Below, piece after piece: positions 41,437-56,972 of a stretch of 64,000 nt of DNA; the stretch's first letter is position 1; each line of letters opens with the position of its first letter. A model generated the notes under the pieces. It ran no database searches. It was not told where the DNA came from and was given only the letters and a program-made list of their open reading frames with translations. The stretch lies in NCBI GenBank assembly GCA_951406725.2, contig OX597833.1, forward strand, positions 26,536,001 through 26,600,000, written 5' to 3'. A program made the translations under genes and the position numbers. Origin of the DNA: Octopus vulgaris. Taxonomy: Eukaryota.

Positions 41437-41480
41437 ATGGTGGTGGTGGTGGTGGTCGTAATAGTAGTAGTAGTAGTAGT
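40915..41480. repeat. (AGT)n/(GGT)n/(AGC)n microsatellite blocks
   Basis: Directly visible at 40915-41115 and 41340-41480. Confidence 0.93.
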
Positions 41481-44400
41481 CGACGACTGAGAAGAATACC
41501 CTGAACAAGACAATAACAGAAACACTCAGTATCTCTAATCAATAACAACAAGGCAAAGAAAAAATCTGTACGTGCCTGTCATGCCTTCGAGAAAGGGAAG
41601 CCCTCACCGCCCTTACGCCTCATACTGCTGTCTTACAAAAATAACCTAAAGCTACATTGTTTAATGTAGTATTAGAAACAAGATGTCTGAATAAGAATCA
41701 AGATGGCCAATATTGGAACGCTTTTGATAATAATTTTACTCAATACAGGATAAACTAGGGCTAAAATTAACCAACAGCAACATCAAACGCTGCCAATGTA
41801 AAACGATACTGACAAATCATTGACATTTTTAAGACCGCAACAAGAACAACAACAACAACAGGATCATCTGCTGCGCAAAAGATAAAAAAAGAAAACAAAA
41901 TATAGCAACAGTAACCACAGGAAGTAGTAGCAAGAGGAGGAGAAAACATTAGATTAAGGTTGTGGCGTCAGTTAATCGATGAGATCAATGAGAATATTTG
42001 CCGATCAGCAAAATTTAGCTTTCTATGAGGAAATCAATTTTAATATTTCAGAGTTAAGAAATATACAAGCATATACACACAAACTCACACACATATACAC
42101 ATACACAAACACAAATAGTCTATAAATAAAATGATGCAAAAAGCAAATGGCCACCAACATGCTGATCACGTGATTATAACATGGCGTTTGGGAAAGATAT
42201 CGTATGTTGCACTTGAGATTGTGAGGTATTATTCTGAAGCTATATATCTGCAAGAAAGACTTATGCTAAAAGAACTGGATACGTGCGTATATGCGTCGAT
42301 GTAACTGATGTTTGCATGTGTTTATGAGTGGAAATCTGATTTAGTGCGACTGTCCGTTTGGTTTCCGATGTATGGTTGCCAGCGAGTATTTTAGTGTTGT
42401 CTGTCCATTTTTTTACTTGTGTGAGTTGCAAAATTGTATGCGTACAATATGAATGCATGTATACATGTATGAACATCCGTGTATGCAAATATGCATATAC
42501 ATGCAAATATGTATATTTTATTAACACGTACACACGGACACATATTTGTATGTCTGTGTTTGTGTTTATGTATGGATGTATGCATGTATGTATATATGTA
42601 CACTGGCATATTGCCGAGAGGCAGACATAAACATTCTAAAAATGATGCACAAGTGGAAACTTTTCATTGATCAAACCAACATTTTTTGCACTTAACTATG
42701 CAACCGCCTACATTTTGTCTTAGCTGTTTTTATTGCTCTTATTGTTCTAAAGAGCGATTTGCCAATTTGTGACCTCTTGTAAGTTGGTAGTATAGCAACA
42801 ATGTAGTTCGACGTAAATATTTGATCTGTGTTTATTTGTGGCACATATAGATAGAACTGTCGTTGGCCATTCTTGGATATTTTGCTGCTTACTACGTCAA
42901 ATACACAATCCAAAACGATGTATTCCTATTGATAATCGTTACCTCTTTTCATTTCATTCCAGCATGCGGTGGTGGCTGCGATTGTCTCGGTCTCAGAGGA
43001 TGGTAGGCGGAGCTCATACTGCGTCAGATGCCCATTGTTTATTGGTATTTCTGCAACGTGTTTCGATGATTATTTCTCGACATTCTCAATAGTAACATAA
43101 ACAATTGAATGAGAGCTTAAGTAGTTCATTGAAATTACAGGTACAACAGTTGCAATAATATCAGAGATGTATTTCCTCTCTTTCTTGCTTGATGGTTTAT
43201 TTTTGAGATGTTGAGTTATGGTTAGAGAGTTAGCTGGCAGTTAAAGCAAACCAGTGAAGTGGCTATGTAGTAGACGCTTGCTTGGTTATAATGATTTGCC
43301 TATATTTACATCGCATGCCTCAAGCATGTGACCATTCACTTCGAGAAAAGTGAGGAAAGTATGGCTTCGACAGACTGCCGAACCACGACTAATGAAATAA
43401 ATTTTTGTAAAACAGTACAATTAAATGAAAATGGTAGTGATCTCCGCCAAGAAAAATACTATAAATAGTTCGAAGAAAGGAATAGGTTTTGTGTTGTGAG
43501 CAACAGCATAAGTGTGCCATCCCGGCTGCAGGCCCTTCTGCATGTTGTTCTCTTTCGTTTTAAGCACTTAACATAAATATTTTTCCTGTTTAGCGAATGA
43601 TGTCTCTTTCTTAGTAATACCATATGACACACTAATGCTTTTGAATTAATCGTAAAACTTCTTAAATCGTCTTTCCTCCAAAAACATACCATTACTACAC
43701 AAGCATCCATTAGAAGCCAGAATATTACGCGTTATTAACATTCATGGAAAATATTTCCTCTAATGACTATTCAAGAAATGCAAGTGTTTGTACCTCTACA
43801 AGTATTCTAATTGTATGTTGGATACAATATTGTAGTAGGAGAAAAAAGCAAACAATTTTTATGATTTTAGGAAAGATTGCGGATTATGAATCTGTTTTCT
43901 GCGTTTAACTATCATATTAACGTATACATATGCATGTGTCTAAGCACGTATGTATGTATATATGTATGTATGTGTGATTGAATATATGCATATAAGTACG
44001 TATATGTCAATTTATGTATGTATGCACATGTCTGTCTGCGTATGTATATACCAAAACATATGGACACTAGTAATGAAAGGTATGCAATCAAAGATGATGG
44101 CCTATGCTACTGTTCATACGATTTTCTGGTTGAAAAAAATCCGAATGATATTGTATGTGTGTGCATGTGGGTACGCGCTCGTTAGTGTGTGTATATGTCC
44201 ATGTACGTGCGTGTACATGTATTACATAGCATAGAAACATATGAAACAAAATGCACTTTCATACATACACATATAGACACACAGACACGCATATATGTTG
44301 ATGTTGTATTTCTTTATCGATTATCTATGTTATTTGCGCTGTCTATTTTGGCGTATTAAACATTTGGGCTGCATGCATCCTAATTTCAATTTATACACAA

Positions 44401-45083
44401 GAATACCACTTATGTAAGGAATGGATATTCAAATTCATTCATATAATTTTCTACAAATAACCAAACAAAATCAACAACAAGTATAGAGGAAATGTTGAAC
44501 AAAAGAATTCAATTAGAAAAGGAAAGTATCGTGGAAGCATAGGATTTGAGGAATAATGGTATGTAAAGGGGTGCGAGGATTACATGGTTTTTAAAGATGA
44601 AGAAAGACAAAAAAAAACATATGATATGTTCTTTAGATTAATGAAGAGACCGGAACAGTAAAATAAATGTTCACATTACCGGAAGCATACTCGCAGAACA
44701 GAATAGCGTGTAGTTTTCTTCAAAAGACTTACCTAAAAAAGAAAAGAAAATGAGAATATTTAGCTATGGTAATATAAAATGGATCATGATCTATTCATTT
44801 GTATGGCTGTCCGTAGGTGTATACGAGTGGGTTTAGGTGTGTGGATGCGGGTATGGGTATATAAGCACTAGCGATATTAAATACCTTTATCCATATAAAT
44901 ACTGATTTGAAAACAGAAAATAAAGAACATCAGAGCAATTGAAAATATTTGAAGCAAATATTATTTATGCCTCAGCGTGCGCAATTGAGTGACTAATGAA
45001 CTACGACATTTTGAACTTGCGCACTACACAGCCCTTAATATATCCATTGATACAAATACACAAACACACACATATGTACATAC

Positions 45084-45138
<55 letters not shown>

Positions 45139-45365
45139 TATATGCATGAATATATATATATATATATATATATGAATATATATATATATAAATATATACA
45201 TATATTTATTTGTTTATTTATTTATATACGCACACACAAACACACATATATATATGTATACATATATAGTAATTCACCCCAAAACGAATATCAAGCAGAA
45301 AAACAACGCGAGTACGTGGTACATGTAAAGCATTAGCAGACTCTTAGGGATGGAATGAAAAGTGA

Positions 45366-45398
45366 TTTTACGTTTCGAGCAAAGCTCTTCTTCTGAAA
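45366..45398 (-). ncRNA. minimal hammerhead ribozyme motif (variant at core position 4)
   Basis: Minus strand reads ttt-CAGAAGA-a-gagc(ttt)gctc-GAAA-cg-TA-aaa. Stem III is reduced to the palindrome acgt, as in minimal PLE HHRs. Confidence 0.6.
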
Positions 45399-45479
45399 CA
45401 GACGAAAGTCCAATAGAAAAGGAAGAGGACGAATATATGTATATATGTATATATGTATGTATGTATGTATATACATAAA

Positions 45480-45847
45480 GTAGTACTCCGTCCTTTACGA
45501 CGACAAGGGTTCCAGTTGATCCGATCAACGGAACACCCTCCTCGTGAAATTAACGTGCAAGTAGCTGAGCACTCCACAGATACGTGTACCCTTAACGTAG
45601 TTTTCGGGGACATTCAGCGTGACACAGAGTGTGACAAGGCTGGCCATTTGAAATACAGGTACAACAGAAACAGGAAGAAAGAGTGAGAGAAAGTTGAGGT
45701 GGAAGAGTACAGTAGGGGTTGTCCCCCTGCCAGAGCCTTTTGGAACGTTAGGTATTTTCAATCAATAAACACTCACAACGCCCGGGAATCTAAACCACGA
45801 TCCTACAGCCACAAGTCTGCTAACCCAACGACTGAGCCATTGCGCCT

Positions 45848-45850
<3 letters not shown>
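45480..45850 (-). mobile_element. SINE family C with an alternative 3' tail
   Basis: Reverse complement reads gaggcgcaatggctcagtcg...gggcgttgtgagtgtttattga...ctgtactctt...ctttctctcactctttcttc, then a tail unrelated to the 25.8-kb copy. Confidence 0.82.
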
Positions 45851-45924
<74 letters not shown>

Positions 45925-46074
45925 CCTAAGCATTGCGATACCAATAATCTGAAGGACACCTCAATATATGTATGCTTTACAATGAAGCGTTAGTCGAGTG
46001 AAGAGCAGTAATAAGAAAATGAGATGACAAAGATATAAACGATTATTGGTAATTCCTTTGTCATCTCAGTATCT

Positions 46075-46107
<33 letters not shown>

Positions 46108-46494
46108 GTATATATCCGTGGATTGTTTACATTAGCAGGCATTTCTTTATACTCGTATCTGTATATATATGTTTATATGCGTGAGTGTGCATGTATGTAT
46201 GTTTGTGTAATATATATCTGTGTGTGAGTGTGTGCGACTTTGTGTGTGTGTGTAAGACTGTATGCATGTGTGCGAGTGTGTGTATTTGCATTTCTGTATA
46301 AAGGTGCAATAAAACATGAATGGTTAACATTTTATTTTATTCACGGTCACAGTATAAGAACGGTCATCGGCATGCTATCGGAGATTTGGATCTTGCATAT
46401 CTCGATCAGAGCCTGATTACAATAATAGCTATAACAAATCAACCCTCGCCCCACCCCGTATATTTTTCCCTTAGTACTTCAATAGTCAGTGCAA

Positions 46495-46538
46495 TTAATA
46501 ATAATAAGACGAAGAAGTAGAAGAAGAAGAAGAAGAAA

Positions 46539-46572
<34 letters not shown>

Positions 46573-46672
46573 AGGAAGAAGAAGAAGAAGAAGAAGAAGA
46601 AGAAGAAGAAGAAGAAGAAGAAGAAGAAGAAGAAGAAGAAGAAGAAGAAGAAGGAGAAGAAGAAGAAGAAAA
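46495..46672. repeat. (GAA)n microsatellite
   Basis: Directly visible. Confidence 0.97.
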
Positions 46673-46934
46673 TGATTGACGTAACTCTTCAGAAAGGTAA
46701 ATGGACAAGACGGAGAGCATGATGCTATTGAAATAGATATTTCATTGGTTGAACGATATTTCGACAGCAAGCCTGTCTTTCTTAAGTTCAAAATAAAATT
46801 ATAGAAGTTTTGATTTAAAGTATGAACGATAGCAACCAACCTCCACATTTTGATTTAAGTTTCAATTTTATAACAGGCAAAAAGAAAAAGACAGAAAAAG
46901 AGGAAAGAAAAGAAAAGGAAAAAGAAGAAGAATA

Positions 46935-48165
46935 TTTAATCTCCCAAGAAAAATAGGTGGAAGAAACCTGATACAGCTCGAACAATCCTTCAAATCAGCA
47001 ATAATAGATCTTGAAACGTACCTTAATATAACCAGTGATGTGCTCTTACGAACTACACTGAAACATGACGATTCCAGACAAGCTTCAGTCATGAAGCTAA
47101 CAAGAGATTTAAAAAGTCTCTTGGCCTACAAGTTAACAATAAACATGACTATGACACCCAAACTCTGACAGACCTACCATTGCGTCTCCTGATTTAGAAA
47201 TTAACAGTCAGGAAGACCAACGAAATCCAAACAATGACAAACCTATCATTGATGTAAAAAAAAATCAAACATAAAGCTAAGACGGGTTGCATGAATAATA
47301 TCGAAGACAACTGGATATGTAAACTCTTGCATGGAAAATACCCTCACCGCCTTCCAAGCCAGATACTCATCAAAATCTAACACATCAATTGCTACAAGGG
47401 ACAGGTCTGAAACAGAAGGTTTTGTTATTGCAGCGCAAGATCAGAGCTTACCTACCAGAAACTACCATTTAAACGTCCTTAAAGATGGATCTGACCCTCG
47501 TGCACAATTTGTGGAGAATTAACAGAGAAAAGTGATCATGTTGTTTCTGGCTGCCCAATCCTCGCTGAAAAGTATTACCATATACGACACGATAGACTCG
47601 GGTAGGACACCCACTGGAATGCTTGTAAATACTACAAAATTACATCCAATGATAAGTCGTACAGACACATCTAGAATGTTACAATCCTTTGGAACTTCCC
47701 AATACAAGTAGACAGAAAAATCGACTCACATCGACCAGACATTGTGATCAAGGACTACAACAGACGAACTTGTCTGTTAATAGATATGATTGTCCCACAA
47801 GACCAAATATCTCAAGAACGGACTACAAAAAGCTTTGTCACTATAAAGATCTGTCAATTGAAATCACAAAAACGTGGAAGTTTAGTATTACGATAACACC
47901 AGTAATAATTATTGCGCTGGGAATGATAAAGAAGGGAGCTGAGAAGTATATTAAGCAACACCCTGGTAAATCCCAAAAGATAAACATGATGCGTACAGCC
48001 CATATACTATGGAAAGCACTCTCCATCTAAAATGGAATAACTGTGACGATAATTTTAGCATGCTCAGCAAAACAAAAGTGCCCTTGCTACTCTTGGCCCC
48101 CGGAGGATGCCCGGTACTTAGGCAGCTGAAATAAAGTTGTAACGAAAGTAAACAATTATTGATAT
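46935..48165 (+). mobile_element. R4/Dong-like RLE LINE, decayed (family 4)
   Basis: Encodes LPRKIGGRNL, LHGKY, SETEGFVIAAQDQSLPTRNY, HVVSGCP, RHD, RPDIVI and ITPVIIIALGMIKKG. Followed by (GAA)/(TAA)n. Confidence 0.85.
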
Positions 48166-48191
48166 TAAGAAGAAGAAGAAGAAGAGTAGTA

Positions 48192-48256
<65 letters not shown>

Positions 48257-48413
48257 TTGAACTTAGACCAATATATATATATATATATATATATAATCTG
48301 ACGCGGAATGCGTGTCGTTAGCCAGCTGGGGATATGTCGTCCTCAGGTCTTAAACATCAGCAGTACTGTCCTGTATGGGATGCCACACTTAGTTGGCAAA
48401 TATATAAATATAT

Positions 48414-48990
48414 ACTAGCTGTTGGACCCGGCGTTGCTCGTGGTTTCCGTTTGATGTTAAACCCACCGCTGATCTTGTACTGAAATCTTATACGTTACCC
48501 ATGCCAACTATTACCCATTAAGATGTTCTATGTGAATGGGAAGGTTGTTGCAGGATTAGTAGATGTTTAGCAGGCGGAGGAAAATGGTGAGAGTAGGCGA
48601 CGAAGTTTTGTTGACGGAGGAGGGTTTTTGCAGACGACGACGACGTGTTCAATGGCGCAGAGGACACAAATGTAAATAAGCATTTCGATAGAGACTATTC
48701 TATCGATTTTGTTGAAATATTACACGTAAAAAAATGCAAAAGCTGCAGAAAAAATAACATCGTTATGGGAGTTTCCATTCAGACGCTCGATTGAGCTCAC
48801 AAAAATCGATGCCGACTGAGCATTATTGAGCTTTCGAAAAATTCTGGCCTTATTTGTATTTCAGAGCATGTGATCTACTTATGTGCCATAAATCATTAAA
48901 ATCTGTTGGACGGTGTAAGAGGTGTTAGAGTAATCCCAAACACAGACAGACACCGTTAAACACTTGTGTGTATATATATATATATAGATA
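48414..48990 (+). mobile_element. Helentron/Lep1-like non-autonomous element (tentative)
   Basis: Starts 'actagctgttggacccggcgttgctcg' (ACTAG start plus GC-rich subterminal hairpin) and ends with an (acag) repeat and tatatagat. Confidence 0.5.
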
Positions 48991-49324
48991 TATAGATATA
49001 TTTGTGTGTGTGTGTGTTTTATGTATATAAAGTTACATAGATAGGTACATACATATATACATACATGCACAGATTCATGCATGCATAAATACATGTATAC
49101 ACATATGGCAGTTACCAATGTAGCAGATATACGGAAAGATAGAGAGAAAGAGGAGAAAGAAAGCTTGCAGAGTTACTTAAATACGAACTACAGTACTAAC
49201 AAATTTTATATGAATATGTGTTTGTGTGAAAGTATATCTATATGTGCGTGTGCGTGCGCGTGTGCGTGCGCGTGCGCGCATGTGTGTGCGTATGTGTATG
49301 TAAATGTGTGTGTACATATAATAT

Positions 49325-49477
49325 ATGACTGTGCGGTAAAAAGCTTGCTTCTTAACCACCTGCTTCTAGGTTGAGTCACAGTGTGTGGCATATTCAACTA
49401 GTGTCTTCTACTGTAGCCTTAGGTCAGCCGAATCACTGTGAGTGGATTTGGTAGACGGAAACTAAAAGAAGCCCGTA

Positions 49478-49533
<56 letters not shown>

Positions 49534-50195
49534 ATCAACATGTGTATGTATGTCTTTGTGTCTGTGTTTCGCCCCTCAATCACCGCTTGACAACCGGCAT
49601 AGGTGTGTTTACGTCTCTGTAAGTTAGCGTTTCAGCAAAAGATTCTGTTAGAATAAGTACTAGACATAAAAAATAAGTTCTGGGGTCGATTTCTTCGACT
49701 AACACCCTTCCACTCGGTCCAGTAATATAGCCACTATCAAAAGACTGAAAAAAGTAAAAGAATAAAATAATATATATGTATATATATATAGGCGCAGGAG
49801 TGGCTGTGTGGTAAGTAGCTTCCTAACCAACCACATGGTTCAGTTTCACTGCGTGGCATCTTGGGCAAGTGTCTTCTGCTATAGCCCCGGGCCGACCAAT
49901 GCCTTGTGAGTGGATTTGGTAGGCGGAAACTGAAAGAAGCCTGTCGTATATATGTATATATATATATATATGCATGTGTGTGTGTTTGTGTGTCTGTGTT
50001 TGTCCCCCTAGCATTGCTTGACAACCGATGCTGGTGTGTTTACGTCCCCGTTACTTAGCGGTTCGGCAAAAAGAGACCGATAGAATAAGTACTGGGCTTA
50101 CAAAGAATAAGTCCCGGGGTCGAATTGCTCGATTAAAGGCGGTGCTCCAGCATGGCCGCAGTCACATGACTGAAACAAGTAAAAGAGTAGTAAAA

Positions 50196-50262
<67 letters not shown>

Positions 50263-50640
50263 AGTCGCTGTGCGGTAGGTAGCTTGCTTACCAACCACAT
50301 GGTTCCGGGTTCAGTCCCACTGCGTGGCACTTTCGGCAAGGGTCTTCTACGATACCTTCGGGCCGACCAAGGCCTAGTGAGTGGATTTGGTAGATGAAAA
50401 CTGAAACTGAAAGTTGCCCGTCGTATATATGTATATGTATATATATCACACAATGAATGTGTGTGTTTGTGTGTCTGTGTTTGTCCCCCCAACATCGCCT
50501 GACAACCGATGGTGGTGTGTTAGGCTTTTGTAAGTGCTATGCTTACAAAGAAGTCCTGAAGTCGATTTCCTCGATTAAAGGCGGTGCTACAGAATGGCCA
50601 CAGTCAAATGACTGAAACAAGTAAAAGAGTATAGAGTAAA
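49325..50640 (+). mobile_element. three head-to-tail SINE family A copies
   Basis: Copies at ~49325-49765, 49790-50192 (best preserved) and 50260-50640, separated by (AT)n. Confidence 0.9.
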
Positions 50641-50646
50641 GTGTAA

Positions 50647-50775
<129 letters not shown>

Positions 50776-51399
50776 CATACACACACACACACACATACAC
50801 ACACATGAATGTGCAAACTTACATTAGCTCACACGATCTTATACACGAACGTACATACATACATAGTTAGAATGAAAATTTATGTACATAAACTGATTGA
50901 AGTCAATAGTTGCATGAATTCCACATGAATTGTATATTATTTAAACAACCCTTAATATGTGCCGAAGGTACAAAGAAGTTATGTTAATTATAATATCTCA
51001 AGTGATATTATATAGCGTTACGCGATTTAAAATTTTCGAAAGGCTTATGTAATGCAAAGTACCGAGATAGTAGTTTTTTAAGGAATCTATTGGGAATATA
51101 AAGTTAAATCGGAAATCGATAATATATAATTTAACCATGTCCCGATAATTTAAACAAATATATACTGGTATAGAATAAGTCAATTATAATTAGAAAATCG
51201 ATGTATCTCAAAATCTATAGAAGTGGAGAGATGCGTCACTCAGCATGCGTGGTTGAAACCGTATAGATGTATACATGTGTGTGTGCGTGCGTATGTATGT
51301 GTGTGTGTGGAGGGGGGGCATGGAAGGTTTGTGTATGTGTGTATTAGCCATTTAAAACGACACAAACATTATTAACTTCATAAACATTTATTATCTTTC

Positions 51400-52700
51400 T
51401 TGTGATGTCAACATTTTCGTTGCATTGATCTGCGATCTGGCCACTGACGTTGAACCCGAAAGTAACCGAATGTATTCTCTGTGGAACAAGCCCGATGTAG
51501 TTCACTAGAATCGGCCACTGGAATCCACTTGATGCGACCCTTAGGCATCAGTCTGATGACAGAGTGGAGTCGTACTTTTATGTCATGCGTCTTTGCTTTG
51601 CTGTGCTTCTCCTCTCTTCGTCGATTTTTGCGATGGCTGAAATGAAGGCACGGTGTGCTATCGTGAATTTCTGTTTTCTGCTGGGGAAAACATTCTTTGA
51701 ACAGCTTAGAATTACGCTGCCACGAGCAAAGCACAAGTTTACAAGTGGTTTCCACATGTTAAGAATGGTCACTTCTTCCTTGAACACCAACCTCGTTCTG
51801 GGTGACTGTTGACCTCGCGAACGAATGAAACCATCACGAAGATGCATGAACTGTTCCTGGAGGGCTGTCGTCGAACGAGTCATGAGCTTGATATAACTGG
51901 TGTATCCCTGAGCTCCTCCTAAAGAATTTTGAGCGAGGAATTGCGAATTAAAAGAGTTGCAACCAAATTTGAGCCTGGCTTGGTCACGGATGATCAAAAG
52001 CACTCACGACTGAATCCGTGTCGCTAACTGAAAGAACAGCTGATCCGGACTTTCTTCGAAAGTTATCGCTGGTAACGACAACCCAGAAACAAAGCAGCAA
52101 TCAAGTCAATGGAAACATTCAGTCTCACCACGCCTCCCCAAAAGTGCATCAAGTGAACTCCAATGTCAAGATGATGCTGATTTGCTTCATCAATGTGAAA
52201 GGAATTATTTACACAGTATTTGTCCCTTTTGGTCAAACTGTAAGCCACACAATTTACTCGGCAGTTTTGAAGCGCTTGCGAGACACGGCATGACGAAAAC
52301 GTCCCGACCAGTGGCAAAATGCAGAGCGGTGGTTTCATCACAACAATGCACCTCGCACAGCGCCTTGAGTGTGAGACAGTTTTTGAACAGATATAACATG
52401 ACCCGCCCTCCCTAACATTATCCACCCTCCCTAATCACCAGGTCTTACTCCCTGCACTTTTTTTTTTTTGGTTACCCCGAGTGAAAAGGTCGTAAAGGGA
52501 AAATGTTTTGCAAATGAGGAAGAGGTGAAGAAAATACGACCGAGTCGTTTAAAGGTATCATTTCGCAAGGGTTCTAGGACTGCTTCGAACAGTGGAAAAC
52601 GCGTCTGGACCGATGACTGGCTTCAAATGGAGAATACTTTGAAGGAGATAAGAGTGTAAACATGTAAAACCAAGTGAATGAAATAAACCCCCTCATAATG
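51400..52700 (+). mobile_element. decayed mariner (Tc1/mariner) transposon
   Basis: Fragments MAEMKAR.AIVNFCFLLGKT, NPETKQQSSQW, KMMLICF..KGII...FVP.GQTV, HHNNAP and HPP*SPGLTP (the YSPDLAP-like motif) over several frameshifts. Ends are not resolved. Confidence 0.85.
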
Positions 52701-52713
52701 TGTGATTTTGTAA

Positions 52714-52767
<54 letters not shown>

Positions 52768-53801
52768 GGTAAGATGTTTTATTTACTTTTTAGCTATTTA
52801 TTTATTTGCATTGGTTCAGTTGTTTATGCATAAGTCCAACAGTACCAAAATAACAAACCATCAATGTTAACTGCTATGTACTCCTAACCAGAACAGCCTC
52901 CCTATGCAGAAAAAAACTACAGAACCAACAAGCCGACTGTAACTCAACCAATTTTTTTTAGATGAAGTGTAACGTTGTAAATAATCAGATTGTAGACTCC
53001 AGTGACGAAAGGGAACACATAACAAATGTTTAAGAGAAGTCCTTTTGTGCTTTTTAATAGTTAACAGATGTCTACCCCGCTGCAATCCGTTGATCTTCAA
53101 CATACAATTCCAGATATTATAGAGCACACCTCCGTAATATGTGTGTGTTACAACTTTGCCCACTGCAGTGAAGGCAGAAAGGAAATACAGTGCTATACAT
53201 ATGGAAGTTCCGAGGAAGTGGCCTTGGAACTAAACTTTGACATTGAGCTTTAAACGAGCCAGTGAACAGCAGATGGCCCCAACCACTCAGTATAGAATAA
53301 ATGTAGGTACTGCAATATGTTGGATTTCAAGATACTAGATGAGCCATTTGGGTTTGAAAACACAAAGAAACAAAGTATTCCACCGCACTACTTAACTCTA
53401 GATCCTAAATTTTATTAAATGCAAGGACATTGACAAATTCCTGTTGTCGAACTGGAGGAAACCACCCACTCCTGATTAAGAAGAAGTCTTACACACTTTG
53501 GCCTTCCCCCCGTAGAATTATTTTACACCAGCTAAATGAATTCAGCTTTCAACGATAAAGGGACGAAATTCTTGGTTTTCTTTCATTTTCAGTTTCTTGT
53601 TTTATCGTTGCACATTTAGCAACAATCTTCGTCTCGTTTTTTCCTTAATGTTTTCTCAGACCAGCATCCTGCTTTTCAAATAAAACCAACCACAATATGG
53701 AGCCTTAAGTATTGCTTACAGACACAAGACACGTTACATAAATCTACCGTATTTTCGTGTTCCAAGGCATAAAACTATAAGCAGACCATGTTAAAATACT
53801 G

Positions 53802-53885
<84 letters not shown>

Positions 53886-55003
53886 CATTAATTGTAACGT
53901 GATTGTATTAGGGAAATAAATAAGATAAACATATTACATTTATTATTGCAATGTGCTTTAAAAACTGGGAAGATCCCGATCGCTTGTTTCAGTATAACTT
54001 AGTCATTCAAATTGTGAGACACCCTGGCGGGAGACGTTCTGTCGGGAGACGCATTTCTTTGTGTATGTATGTGTGTGTGCATGTGTGTGTGTGTGTGTGC
54101 GTGTGTGTGTGTGCGTGTCTGTGCGTGAGTTTTATAATTTCAAATGTAAGCATATCTTATAGTTCGCGTCCTTTACAAATGTAAAGTGAAACAAAACAAA
54201 TTATGTAGGCCTCGCTAGCTTATCTCTATCAATTCAGATAAGGTGTCCTATCTGACTATTTTTCCAGTTTTATTAAATTCCCATCGTAGTTTCTAACCAC
54301 AAACGAAAATATGCTTATAACCTTGTATTTGCAATGTCACCCACTCGAGAAAATAGTGACATTTTTAGTGATAAACTATACTAAAAGATAAAATTCAGCG
54401 TTGTGCATTTTAATGAGTTATATTCAAACACCGCTGAGAAAACTAAAGTATATGTACATGGTGATGTGAAATATTTGAATTTTCTCTCTAAATGAGGCTT
54501 TACTTTCTTTTATTTCCAATTATATTTTTAAAAATCATGTTGTGTTGTATAGGTTTATTCACTCAGTAAAGATTGAATGTGTGTATACGTACATACATAT
54601 CACTCTGATTCAGATATTGCCAGAGAAGCTAAAATGAAGGCTGTTCTGGGAGAATGAGTTCCGCCATGTCCTGACTCAGCAGTTATGTGGCATCATTCGA
54701 AGCACAGATTACATACCATAATAAGCTCAATAAAACACATCAAGACCCGCGAAGTGTTTTTAAGAATTATATATAACACATAAACAGAGCGTGAATGCTT
54801 GCTTTAATACACATGGCGCATTTTATAAATATGCCTGTTCAAGTATCTTAACAACATTAAAATATTAGCAGCTCTTTTGGTTGTGTATTTAATTATATAT
54901 ATATATATATATATACATATATCAGTGGTGTGTAACTCGTGTTCCGAGAGATAATATAAAGTTAAAATAAACTATGTTAATATATATATGTGTATGATTG
55001 TGC

Positions 55004-55046
<43 letters not shown>

Positions 55047-55238
55047 TGAAAAAAGGGGGTCGAATTAATTAATTATTAATAAATTCGACCAAGCAGTATT
55101 CGGTATGAGTTATTTTTCTGAGTATGCATTGTCTGGAGACTTTTATTTGCAGTTGAAGAAATAGCCAAATTTTTGGCTGCTATTTCTGAAAAGTTCGGTA
55201 TGTGGTAAAGTATTCTTTTACTTTACCATATTTTTATA

Positions 55239-55283
<45 letters not shown>

Positions 55284-55318
55284 GTATATGTCTGTATGTA
55301 AGTATGCATGTATATATT

Positions 55319-55366
<48 letters not shown>

Positions 55367-55389
55367 CATACGCCCACACACCTAAATAT

Positions 55390-55430
<41 letters not shown>

Positions 55431-55579
55431 TAAAAAGGGAGAGGTGTTGACATCAGAAGAAACATTGATTCTTGTCGTATTAAAATTGTTGCGTAGGACA
55501 AAATTTAATATATAATTTGATATTTATATATTTACAATATTTGTCTTTCTCGCTTGTTTTATCAACATATAATACACAG

Positions 55580-55710
55580 AGTCACATAGCTCACTGGTTA
55601 GAGTAATTGCCTCAATATCGTAAGGCCGTGAATTCTATACCGAGCAGTACTTTGTTGCTTTGAGAAAGACGCTTTATTTCACACTATTCCAGTCCACTCA
55701 GCACGCATTG
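55580..55710 (+). mobile_element. decayed tRNA-derived SINE head
   Basis: A-box-like 'atagctcactggttagag', followed by 'ctttgagaaagacgctttatttcac...ccagtccactcagc'. Confidence 0.4.
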
Positions 55711-56004
55711 TAAAAAATGATCTGCATGTCTTCTATGTAAACCGTTTTAACTCATCACTGAGGATCCACAAAGCCTCAAAACTTTAAGACTCTACAACTT
55801 GATTTGAATATATTTCTGTAACCTAATTTTTGATGCCAGAGAGGATTCACAAAACCTGACACTTATTTTGAAAATCATTTAAAATAAGTATAACCGGTTA
55901 AGTTAATAAATACTTTTAAAGACTCCTGCATTTTCAGATTATTCTCCATATTTTCATTTTTCTTGTTTCAGCTTAGAGCTGCGGCCATGCTGATGCACCG
56001 CCGT

Positions 56005-56070
<66 letters not shown>

Positions 56071-56214
56071 TTACGTTTTATTTATTATTTTGTACATTAC
56101 TTAATCATTGGTATATGCCTTTATCTTATATTTAATTTTTTCTATAGGATGTAATTTTTCTATATAGTGTAGTTATATTTTTTCATTGTTGAATTGATAA
56201 AAGGTTTTTTTTTA

Positions 56215-56972
<758 letters not shown>

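Noticed and set aside
42690-43760. Possible decayed hAT-like transposase on the minus strand
   Set aside because: Only vague motif resemblance, and no TIRs found.
48296-48355. Minus-strand CTGAGGA...GACA-cgcattccgcg-TC HHR-like motif between (AT)n tracts
   Set aside because: GAAA box is mutated and stems I and II do not pair. It may be a decayed copy but cannot be supported.
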